A DNA stretch of 43,381 nt. It comes from a bacterium (GTDB lineage: Bacteria > Zhuqueibacterota > Zhuqueibacteria > Oceanimicrobiales > Oceanimicrobiaceae). Each line of letters starts with the position of its first letter. Position 1 is the first letter of the stretch. The stretch lies in assembly GCA_046757165.1 (NCBI GenBank), contig JBHHXT010000023.1, forward strand, positions 1 to 43,381, in the 5' to 3' direction. A program made the position numbers and the translations under genes. The notes under the pieces were generated by a model. That model was not told the origin of the DNA, ran no database searches, and saw only the letters and a program-made list of their open reading frames with translations. Shown here piece after piece: positions 18,924 to 27,367 of the stretch.

Positions 18924-19847
18924 TTAGCTGTGTTTCTTGTGCTTCCTTTTTTCTATCCGTTTGATGATTTCCTTTCGTGTCGAAAGAAAGAGCTCGAGCC
19001 GGTCAGGTTCAAGCACGTCCCTGAGCGACTCTTCAAACTTTCTCGCCGGAATCTTCTTGAATCTTTCATAGACCGGACCCAGCTTACGCGGATTGGCGAT
19101 CTTTTGGATTTCCTGATGCCAATAGGTCACAGCGAAACCAGTATTGTCATGTCGAAAGGTGCGGTTGTGGTCAATCGCCACAATATCACCGGTTTCCCGC
19201 ACCAGCCAGTTATTCTCATGGCGGTCGCTGTTGCCAATGATGGCATCAAAAAGCCTGAGCTTGTCCGTCTTCTCGCTCCCAACTTCCATGGCTGGCTTGC
19301 AATTCTTGACAAAGTACATCAACGAGCCCCTCTCGAGGGTGCCGTCGGGCAGTTCTATTCCCCGCATGATCGTCAGGGGAGTCAAGTTGAATCCCAACAG
19401 CTCATCGAGCTTGTAAGCTGCCGCTTCCCGCTTGACCGGCCCCAAAGAATCGGACTTCTCGACTTTGAAAATCCCCTTGACCCCTTTGCGGAAGCGGACC
19501 AGGAAAGTTTCCGAGACATTTATGGGCTTGCCAAACTTCCTGACCGAAACCGGCCGGGAGTGCATGATTTGCCGTAGCGTATCGAGAATCTGAACCGCCA
19601 TGGCGCGGTCTCCGATCTCCAGACACTGCCAGGCCGCCTCCTGATACAGATGGCTGGACAAGTAGTCTTGAACCGTTTCCGCAACCCCTGCACCAGGCCG
19701 AAGACCAATCGTACCGGAAATGTCCTCGCCGGATGGTGGCCGGGTGCCGATCGAAAAATACAGAATCAGTACCGCCGCTAACACCCCGCCTGCCACCAGG
19801 ATCCGCGCCCATCTGCCGGGGAACAAAGATTTGGATTTGTCGTTCAT
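18924..19847 (-). CDS. Membrane-anchored Fam20/PI4K-like atypical kinase
   Basis: Start at 19847 (SD AGGAGG); single N-terminal TM; GIFK, REAAAYKLDELLGF.LTP, GSLMYF, FDAIIGNSDRHENNW, IDHNRTF. Confidence 0.78.
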   Translation of the reverse strand: MNDKSKSLFPGRWARILVAGGVLAAVLILYFSIGTRPPSGEDISGTIGLRPGAGVAETVQDYLSSHLYQEAAWQCLEIGDRAMAVQILDTLRQIMHSRPVSVRKFGKPINVSETFLVRFRKGVKGIFKVEKSDSLGPVKREAAAYKLDELLGFNLTPLTIMRGIELPDGTLERGSLMYFVKNCKPAMEVGSEKTDKLRLFDAIIGNSDRHENNWLVRETGDIVAIDHNRTFRHDNTGFAVTYWHQEIQKIANPRKLGPVYERFKKIPARKFEESLRDVLEPDRLELFLSTRKEIIKRIEKRKHKKHS

Positions 19848-20331
19848 GATAGCCTCCTGGAACAGTCCATTATGCTTACCTCTACATCTAAATAAAATAC
19901 AAACAAACTGTTGAAATGTTGGTGTGGCCAGAACGAAAACCAACGCAGAAGTTTCACGCACGTGCTCGCGGGAACGGCGGGTTTGCAGGATGATAGGCAC
20001 GGGGAAGGTCACCATCCGCCAGCAAGCGGCTCAAAAGGAATTTGACACTTTTGATACACAAAAGCAAGGATTTATTCCAAGCCTGGTCCAACACGGTTTG
20101 CAACCAGTAATGTCCGGTTAAAGATCTTACACAGTCTCTGACTGTGTATTGAAATCATAACCTTACATCAGATTGAAGGTAACTATTCAGGCCGACAGTT
20201 ACAAACTGTGTCGGATCGCTATTTCTCCATCCAGATAAGGATAGCGAGGGGGACCCAAATCGAGCCCCCTCCGTTGTATCGGGTGAACAGATTGTATAAA
20301 TGGGGGAGATTGGCGTGCCCGCCTGGCAAGG

Positions 20332-21234
20332 TCACTCTTTTTGAGGTGGGAACCCCTCGGCGTCCCGAAACTCCTTTCCCAGATAGTTCTGCACCGCTTC
20401 GAGATCATCCGGCTGCGTCAAATCCGGCACGTGCTCGCGCAGGGGAATGGTCCAAACAGACTTTGGATGTGCCCACGCCATCATGACCACAGCCGCCGGC
20501 AGCTCTTTTTCGCCGCGTACAGAGTGCAACGGAACCGCCTGTAAAAAGGGCAGGACCAGGTCATAGTCCAGTCGAAAGATATTCATGCTGACGCCGACGG
20601 TGGCGTCTCTGGCCACGGCCCTGGCTACTTGTTCGGAGGAGGGTTTTTCGATGATGTCGACAAGGTAGCCCTCTTCATCTTTCTCAGTAATCGCGAATCT
20701 CTGCACGCGGCTTTTTTCGAACTGGAGACCGTCACGGTCATAATCGATCATGGCGTTGCGATGGGAGGAGGTCGCCAGCAGAGCAAGGGCCCGCTGTGAG
20801 TACAGATTGTCGCCATTGCAAACGATGAAGGTGGCGCCACGCCAGTCGTCCCGAATCAGGAGCGCCTGCAGCAGGGCATCGGCCGTTCCCAGCGGCTTTT
20901 GACGGCCAGGTGGGATCGTTTGTGTGGCGTAAGAGATGGATAGCCCATGATAGATATTGGCGCGTTCCTGCAGGCCGTAGTGCTGGCGAATCGACTGGTC
21001 GTGCACGCCTGTGACGATGACGATGTCCCGATAGCCCGCGGCGCGGCTGTTGTAGAGTAAGTAATCGAGAAATGGCCGGCGGCTCTCGCCGACCCGGATC
21101 ATGCCCTTGCTCCTTTGTTGCGCGTCCTGGAGCAGGCGGGCATCGATCTGGTCGGCGCGCGCTGATGGCGCTTTCATGCGGGAGGCGATGCCGCCTGCGA
21201 GAATGATCAGTCTGTCTGTTTTCATGTCTGCCAT
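20332..21234 (-). CDS. Sugar-phosphate nucleotidyltransferase
   Basis: ILAGGIASRMK, KGMI, RPFLDY, KPLGTADA, NGDNLY, IEKP, GEKELP. Confidence 0.85.
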   Translation of the reverse strand: MADMKTDRLIILAGGIASRMKAPSARADQIDARLLQDAQQRSKGMIRVGESRRPFLDYLLYNSRAAGYRDIVIVTGVHDQSIRQHYGLQERANIYHGLSISYATQTIPPGRQKPLGTADALLQALLIRDDWRGATFIVCNGDNLYSQRALALLATSSHRNAMIDYDRDGLQFEKSRVQRFAITEKDEEGYLVDIIEKPSSEQVARAVARDATVGVSMNIFRLDYDLVLPFLQAVPLHSVRGEKELPAAVVMMAWAHPKSVWTIPLREHVPDLTQPDDLEAVQNYLGKEFRDAEGFPPQKE

Positions 21235-21247
21235 GATCGATTCTTTC

Positions 21248-21520
21248 CCACCGAATGTCGCCGAAGCCACGGAGTTTCGCCGAAGGTTTCTTGGGTCCCA
21301 CCGAAGGATTCTGCAAGAAAACCCATTTCGGTCGTGCTCCGGGGGATCGGTTAAGCTTGACGGTTCGGGTAGTTCTTAATTCTTTGCATTGTCATTTCGC
21401 TGTTTCATTTTTTCAATATGATTTCTTACAAGAAATGCAAGAATGGATCTTTAAGCGACAAGTAGTGTTCTTCAAACAAATTCCTCGGTGAACCTCGGTG
21501 GCTTCGGCGACCTTCGGTGG
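21248..21520. repeat. Pair of ~38-bp imperfect inverted repeats bracketing an AT-rich spacer (MITE-like)
   Basis: CCACCGAATGTCGCCGAAGCCACGGAGTTTCGCCGAAGG (21248-21286) versus the reverse complement of 21483-21520, CCACCGAAGGTCGCCGAAGCCACCGAGGTTCACCGAGG. Confidence 0.65.
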
Positions 21521-21528
21521 TAAGGGAA

Positions 21529-22611
21529 TTAGTCCTGGCGTACGCCTTCGGCACTTCGGACGAGAGAGGCTTTTCCGCCGGCCTTGTCGATCGCCCGTGC
21601 GACCTCTTGCGGATTCTCGGGTGCGTAGGCGAACATGCAGCCGCCGCCGCCAGAGCCATTGATCTTGGCGCCGAGCGCCCCGGCATCCAGGGCGGCCGCG
21701 ATCATGCCCTCGATCTTCGGTGTGGAGATGTGAAGCACGTCGCGCAAGATGCGGTGGTGCTCATTGAGCAAGCTGCCGAGCTGGCGGTGATTCAGAGCGC
21801 TTTGCTGCAGCAAATGCCTGGCCTGCAACGTCATCTGATGATTCTTGACGGTACCGCGCAGCAGCTCGAGTTGCTGCTCTGACAGCTCCCGGGCAAAGTC
21901 CTGCAGGCTGTCGGGGTCCGCGTGTTGAAGCGAGAAGTCCGCGTGTTTGCCGGTCAGGATGTTGCAGACTTCCGTGACATCGCTTCTCACACGCGCGAGA
22001 ATGGTTTTGGTATCTTTGGGTTCGCCTGAATCACCGAGCACGAAAGTGCCGATGGGGGCATGCAAGGGCTGGACGCGCATTTCCGGCCACGATGCAAGAC
22101 AGATCGTCCCGCCAAACGCGGCGGCATACTGGTCCATCCTGCCGCCCGGCTCCGCGAACTCCAGCACCTCGGCTTCGTAGGCGTACTCGGCAATCTCTTC
22201 CGGCCTGAGCCAGGCCGCTTGCTCGCTCATCCGCGCCAGGAACGTGACCCATGCGACCACCAGGGCTGACGAGCTTGCGGTGCCAGCGTTGATGGGAATG
22301 TTGCCGCGCACCGTGCAGTCGAACCCGGAACGAAACGTGAAGCCGTGTTTCGCCAACACGTTGACTACAGACCTGAAGTAGTCGCGTTCTTTGACGTAGG
22401 GCAAGCGGCCGGTGATTTCAAAACGTTCCGTGCCACCAGTGTCGGGCAAATTCAAACATACGGCCAGGTCCCTGCGCCGCCGGCCATCAACCTGAAGACG
22501 CAGGGAAATGGCACACGCAATGACAGGCAGAAGCAGATAGTCCTGGTGTTCTCCAAAAAGACAAATCCTGCCCGGGGCAGAGACGCTCAGGCTGTCAACT
22601 TTTTCCGCCAT
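21529..22611 (-). CDS. GHMP-family sugar kinase (galactokinase-like)
   Basis: APGRICLFGEHQDY, IPINAGTASSSA, GRMDQ, GAKINGSGGGG. Confidence 0.88.
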   Translation of the reverse strand: MAEKVDSLSVSAPGRICLFGEHQDYLLLPVIACAISLRLQVDGRRRRDLAVCLNLPDTGGTERFEITGRLPYVKERDYFRSVVNVLAKHGFTFRSGFDCTVRGNIPINAGTASSSALVVAWVTFLARMSEQAAWLRPEEIAEYAYEAEVLEFAEPGGRMDQYAAAFGGTICLASWPEMRVQPLHAPIGTFVLGDSGEPKDTKTILARVRSDVTEVCNILTGKHADFSLQHADPDSLQDFARELSEQQLELLRGTVKNHQMTLQARHLLQQSALNHRQLGSLLNEHHRILRDVLHISTPKIEGMIAAALDAGALGAKINGSGGGGCMFAYAPENPQEVARAIDKAGGKASLVRSAEGVRQD

Positions 22612-24397
22612 ACCCTCCCTGCAACCAGATCCTGATCAGCCCGTACGTCGCGGCCAGCGAGGTGAAGGTCGTCACCACCGCCGGCGCGAGATTGCCGTAC
22701 AACCAGAAGCCGACAGCAAAGAGCAGGCTGTAAACCAGGAGCAAACCCAGAAAGACACTGAGCAGGCTGCTCGGGAGATCCCATTTTTGCTGCAAGTACA
22801 GCTCGACCTTCTCACCTTTTTCTCTGGCTTGCTGCAGCACGGCGCTCCAGCCCGGCCCACCGGGATGGACCAGCCGGTAAAAATCGAGCAGCGTCTTCTG
22901 CTCTGTCGGTTTGGAAAGAAACGTCACCGCCAGCCACCCGGCCGTGGTGATGGCCACGCCGATCACGAGCTGCAGCCAGGGAGCGAGCTCAGGGAATCCC
23001 AGGCTGACATGGACAAGGTGGAAATAGATGGCGACCAGGAAAGAGACTGTCATGGCCGCGATCTCGCTGGCCGCATTGATGCGCCACCAAAACCACCTGA
23101 GCAGGAACAACAGGCCGGTGCCGGCACCGATCTGCAGCAGAATATTGAAGGCTTGCAGGGCGTTGCTCAAAAGCAGGGCAAAAAGAGCGGACGCCACCAT
23201 CAGGAGCACAATCGTGACGCGACCCACCAGGACTTGCTGTTGCTCGCTTGGCGCCCTGGTCACGAAGCGCTGGTAGAAATCGTTCACCACGTACGACGCC
23301 CCCCAGTTCAGGTGCGTCGAAAGGGTGGACATGACCGCTGCGATGATCGACGCCACCACCAGGCCGAGCAAGCCGTGTGGCAGGTAGGTAAGCATGGCAG
23401 AATACGCCAGGTCATCTTTGACAATCTCTGCCGAGATATGCGGAAAAGCGGCTCTCAGCGAGTCGAGATCCGGGTAGATGATGATGGAAGCGAGGGCCAC
23501 GATGATCCACGGCCACGGGCGCAGCGCATAGTGGGCGAAGTTGAAAAACAGGGTGGCACCGATGGCATGCCCTTCGTTCCTGGCCGCCAGCATGCGCTGG
23601 GCGATATAGCCGCCACCGCCCGGCTCGGAGCCCGGATACCAGACGCTCCACCACTGAACCGCGATCGGAATCAGGAAGACGGTCAGCACGAGCGAGGTGT
23701 TGGAAAAATCAGGCAGGAACGTCAGCCGGTCGGCAACATTCGGATGGCTCAGCAGCCCTTGCAGACCGCCCACTTGTGGCAGATTCAGCACCACGATGGC
23801 TGCGGTCACGGCGCCAGCCATGGCGATGATAAACTGAACGAAGTCCGTGATCAGGACGCCGCGCAGGCCACCGAGCATGGTGTAGATGACGGTGACCGCC
23901 GAAGTCAGCAGAATCGTCTGCACCGGGGAGATGCCGAGCAGGACACCGCCGGCCTTGATGGCCGCCAGCAGCACGGTCGCCATAATTATTACATTAAAAA
24001 AGATGCCGAGATAGAGCGCCCGGAAGCCACGCAGGAAGGCCGCTGCTTTGCCGCTGTAGCGGATTTCGTAGAACTCGATGTCCGTCAGCACGCCGGAGCG
24101 GCGCCAGAGTTTGGAGTAGATGAACACGGTCACCATGCCCGTGATCAGAAACGCCCACCATTGCCAATTGCCGGCCACGCCGTTCTGGCGCACCATGTTG
24201 GTGACCAGGTTGGGTGTGTCGGCAGAAAAGGTGGTGGCCACCATCGAGACGCCGAGCAACCACCACGGCATGCTTCGACCTGAAGCGAAAAACTCCGTTG
24301 CGCTCGAACCGGCGCGCCGGACGACGCTCAACCCCACAGCCAGCGACAGAACAAAAAAAGCGATGACCGATATCCAATCCACAAATTCGAGTGTCAT
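22595..24397 (-). CDS. Sodium:solute symporter (SSS family)
   Basis: Multiple TM helices; FF.SGRSMPWW, SMVATTFSADT, GGLRGVLITD..Q, YIAQRML, AAVMSTLS. Confidence 0.92.
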   Translation of the reverse strand: MTLEFVDWISVIAFFVLSLAVGLSVVRRAGSSATEFFASGRSMPWWLLGVSMVATTFSADTPNLVTNMVRQNGVAGNWQWWAFLITGMVTVFIYSKLWRRSGVLTDIEFYEIRYSGKAAAFLRGFRALYLGIFFNVIIMATVLLAAIKAGGVLLGISPVQTILLTSAVTVIYTMLGGLRGVLITDFVQFIIAMAGAVTAAIVVLNLPQVGGLQGLLSHPNVADRLTFLPDFSNTSLVLTVFLIPIAVQWWSVWYPGSEPGGGGYIAQRMLAARNEGHAIGATLFFNFAHYALRPWPWIIVALASIIIYPDLDSLRAAFPHISAEIVKDDLAYSAMLTYLPHGLLGLVVASIIAAVMSTLSTHLNWGASYVVNDFYQRFVTRAPSEQQQVLVGRVTIVLLMVASALFALLLSNALQAFNILLQIGAGTGLLFLLRWFWWRINAASEIAAMTVSFLVAIYFHLVHVSLGFPELAPWLQLVIGVAITTAGWLAVTFLSKPTEQKTLLDFYRLVHPGGPGWSAVLQQAREKGEKVELYLQQKWDLPSSLLSVFLGLLLVYSLLFAVGFWLYGNLAPAVVTTFTSLAATYGLIRIWLQGGYGGKS

Positions 24398-24620
24398 GCG
24401 TGCCTCCTGGGTCCCGGTTTCAAAAGAAATAAGAAAACCTGTTCGCTAGCGCACACTTGCTGTTTGATAACGGATACTTTACGTTCTTGGCATGACGGAA
24501 AAAACCGTCATTTCTGCATGAGCAGGGGATGGTATGATTTGTGTGGCAAATTCTGCGTGAACCAAAACTGCCGGTCGGCGCGTATTGGCATACATGGCTA
24601 TGAAGGAGGGCGCGCACCGG

Positions 24621-25004
24621 TTATCTTGAAGCCACATACCCTCCGATGATACCCAAAACAGGCTTGAGCTTTTTGGCGGTCGTGTCTGCTTCAACACCAA
24701 AGTTCTCTAATGCCGTCGCGCCGAGGAGATACAAGGAACCCCTGGGGGCAAAGATCACCGGACAGGTCAGCGTTTCATTGAGCTCGGGAATGGTAAAGCA
24801 TGCTTCGCCCAAGAGGCGCCGGTCACGTCGTCCGTCTGCGAGTATTAACTCTCGGCTGTGCAATGGCTCGAGAGCGATCGTCTGCAGTCTATCTTCAGGT
24901 ATGAAACTGTACAAGGCGCCCGTATCGACCCAAAAGTTGTCTTCAAAAGAAAGTTCCGGTTTTGCGGGGTTCGCTATTTTGACTTTTACCTGGAACATGC
25001 CCAT
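24621..25004 (-). CDS. Single-domain clan AA aspartic protease (AF0612-like)
   Basis: MGMF.V.V.I.N, VDTGA, LADG, LLGATALE.FG..D. Confidence 0.8.
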   Translation of the reverse strand: MGMFQVKVKIANPAKPELSFEDNFWVDTGALYSFIPEDRLQTIALEPLHSRELILADGRRDRRLLGEACFTIPELNETLTCPVIFAPRGSLYLLGATALENFGVEADTTAKKLKPVLGIIGGYVASR

Positions 25005-25346
25005 AGGATTGGCCTTATGTTAATCCTTGAAAGTTGATTTCTGCCATTTTTCGAGATCTTGCTCTTTCGAATTTCCGGCTTAGGGGAATGTATGAAAAAA
25101 GAATTAGGGGATCAAGCTTGAAAAAACGACTGAGGATTGAAATCCCGATTGGTTTTCTTTCGGGATGGAGAGCTTAAGGTATGAATGAATGGAGGCCGGA
25201 GGATGGGGATCCGCTGCTTCTTTGTGGACGAAAACTCGTCCGTCTCTGCGCCAGCGAGAGCGGGCTGCCGGCGGTGGGTCTTGGCTCTCGGTCTGCTCTG
25301 CCTTGAGTGCGCAGCCTGGTTGTCGCAACTCCGCCTGCGACAACGC

Positions 25347-26606
25347 CTAGAAGCTGCTGAGTAGCCACCAATCGGGCAACGCGGTGACCTTTGAATTGAT
25401 TTGCAGGATTTTCCGACCCGGATAGATAACATACCCTTTTGCCACATTGGGGTTATCGGACAAAAAGGACATGAGGCCGGATGAGTCTCGTTTCGTTAAT
25501 CGGGATGAAGCTTTGATTTCAAAGGGCAGGACTTTGCCGTTTGCTTCAATTATGAGATCAACTTCGGCGCCGTCCTGGGTACGCCAATAATAGGCGTCAA
25601 AATGAGCGCCGGAATTATGTAAGATTTTAAATAGCTCGATGCAGACAAAGCTTTCGTATATATTTCCATAATATTGAAGTTCTTTGGCAATAGCATTACT
25701 AAAGTTAGTATTCAGTGAATTGTGAAGCAAAAGCGGATCAATGGCAATGATTTTATTTTGCTTGACCAGTCTTTTCTTCGGATTTCTATGATAGACTTCA
25801 AGTGTCACGACCAGCATCATCGCTTTTAATTGATAGAGAAAACTATCGATTGTGGGTTGACTGACGCCGACAGCTTGAGCCAATGCATTTTTATTCACGA
25901 GTTTTCCGCTTTGGATAAACATGAGTCGAACAAACTTTTCAAAAGCAGCGAGGTTTCTGATTTGGAATTGTTCGATCAGAATAGGGAAAACGTAGGTGGT
26001 TAAATAATCTCGAATCCAACGGATTTGATACTCACGCTCGGAGGCTAATGCAGGAATCGGATATCCACCCCAGACCAGCATTCTTTCTCTTAAGCGATTG
26101 ATTTGAATATAATCAATCCTGTCAGGTGTGCTGAGATTGCGGACGTCAGAATCAAGGAGTCGGTTTAATCCACAATGATTTGTTCCACCGCTCAGCTCAC
26201 AAAAAGAAAGTGGGTAAAGGGAAAGGATCGAAATTCTTCCGGCTAAGGATTCTTTGATTTTTTTCAGGAGAAGATAATTACCGGAATTCGCAATGCATAT
26301 TTTTGATGGCTGATTTTCATTTTCATCAATTAACATCTTCACAGCGTCAAAAACCGTTGGCACCTTTGCTGGTTCATCAATGAAAAAAAAACGGTCCGGC
26401 TGATAATTATTTTTGAGATAGCCGTAAGGATCATTCTTGATCTCTTCTCGTATCATGGGATCATCGAGAGAAAGATAGACGCCCGGGTGCTCTTTTAAGA
26501 CTTCCTTTAGAAGATATGATTTTCCAACTTGCCGGGGACCAATGAGAGCACAAGCTCGTTCGGTATGAATTCTTTCAAGCAAAGTGGATTGGAGCTGTCT
26601 TTTCAT
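25347..26606 (-). CDS. AAA_14 ATPase with C-terminal DUF4143 (PD-(D/E)XK-like)
   Basis: GPRQVGKS, FIDE, ESLAGR, WGGYP, YYWRTQDGAEVDLI..PFEIK; AT-rich. Confidence 0.88.
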   Translation of the reverse strand: MKRQLQSTLLERIHTERACALIGPRQVGKSYLLKEVLKEHPGVYLSLDDPMIREEIKNDPYGYLKNNYQPDRFFFIDEPAKVPTVFDAVKMLIDENENQPSKICIANSGNYLLLKKIKESLAGRISILSLYPLSFCELSGGTNHCGLNRLLDSDVRNLSTPDRIDYIQINRLRERMLVWGGYPIPALASEREYQIRWIRDYLTTYVFPILIEQFQIRNLAAFEKFVRLMFIQSGKLVNKNALAQAVGVSQPTIDSFLYQLKAMMLVVTLEVYHRNPKKRLVKQNKIIAIDPLLLHNSLNTNFSNAIAKELQYYGNIYESFVCIELFKILHNSGAHFDAYYWRTQDGAEVDLIIEANGKVLPFEIKASSRLTKRDSSGLMSFLSDNPNVAKGYVIYPGRKILQINSKVTALPDWWLLSSF

Positions 26607-26660
26607 GACAACAAGTATACTAAGATATACTTTAAAAAACAAGCTCTTTTTTTAAAGTAT
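26607..26660 (-). promoter_or_regulatory. Probable leaderless promoter plus 13-bp palindrome for the AAA gene
   Basis: Minus strand TTGTTT (26642-26637), 17 nt, TATACT (26619-26614), 7 nt, ATG; ATACTTTAAAAAA-N8-TTTTTTAAAGTAT at 26627-26660. Confidence 0.5.
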
Positions 26661-26662
26661 GC

Positions 26663-27340
26663 GGTGAGGGCAAGAACCACAAGCAAGCCGAAAAATGGTT
26701 CAAGCAAGCGGTTGCGCTCAATGACTCCAGTTGTGAATACAATTTGTGGCTTGCCCGCACTTATGCTACCAGAATCCGGAAGGTGAATATTTTCAGCAAA
26801 CTATCTCTCGCGAAAAAGGCCAGGAAGACTTTTGAGCTGGCGGTCAAGTTAGATGAAAACAACGTTGAGGCACGCGAGGGCTTGATCATCTACCATTTGA
26901 ACGCCCCGGGGATCGCAGGTGGTGATTTGAACAAAGCCCTGCAGCAAGCGCAAATTCTGGTGAAAATGGATGAACGGAAAGGCCGCACGCTTTTGGCGCG
27001 GCTCTACCAGAAAAAGAAGAAGATGAGTCTAGCGGCAAAGGAATATCAACGTTTGGAGGCGCTCTGCGGCGATTCTCCTGAGTGCTCTGACTTCTACAAC
27101 AGCTACGGATACTTTCTCTTGCAACAAAAAAGATATGACGAGGCGATCGTCAAGTTTCAGAAACAAGTCGAGTTGGCGCCCGACAAAGCCAACCCGCATG
27201 ACAGTCTGGGGGATGGTTATCGCGCTGCTGGGCGGCTGGCAGATGCTGCGGATGAATATCGCAGGGCTTTGCAAATCGACGAGACGTTCGAGCCTTCCGG
27301 AAAGAAGTTGGAAAAGGTCATGAAACAGTTAAATGACTGA
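26663..27340 (+). pseudogene. 5'-truncated TPR protein
   Basis: The frame is open upstream of the TTG at 26744 with TPR-like KQAEKWFKQAVALNDSSCEYNLWLARTY; APGIAGG, YNSYGY, NPHDSLGDGY; no credible start or signal peptide. Confidence 0.65.
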
Positions 27341-27367
27341 TCACAACCAGAAGCAAGGAACGATAGC

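Noticed and set aside
20030..20330. Possible small gene or ncRNA between the nucleotidyltransferase and the kinase
   Set aside because: Only short ORFs without clear starts or stable structure.
24492..24511. ATGACGG-A6-CCGTCAT hairpin upstream of the SSS gene
   Set aside because: Too short to distinguish operator, terminator or REP remnant.
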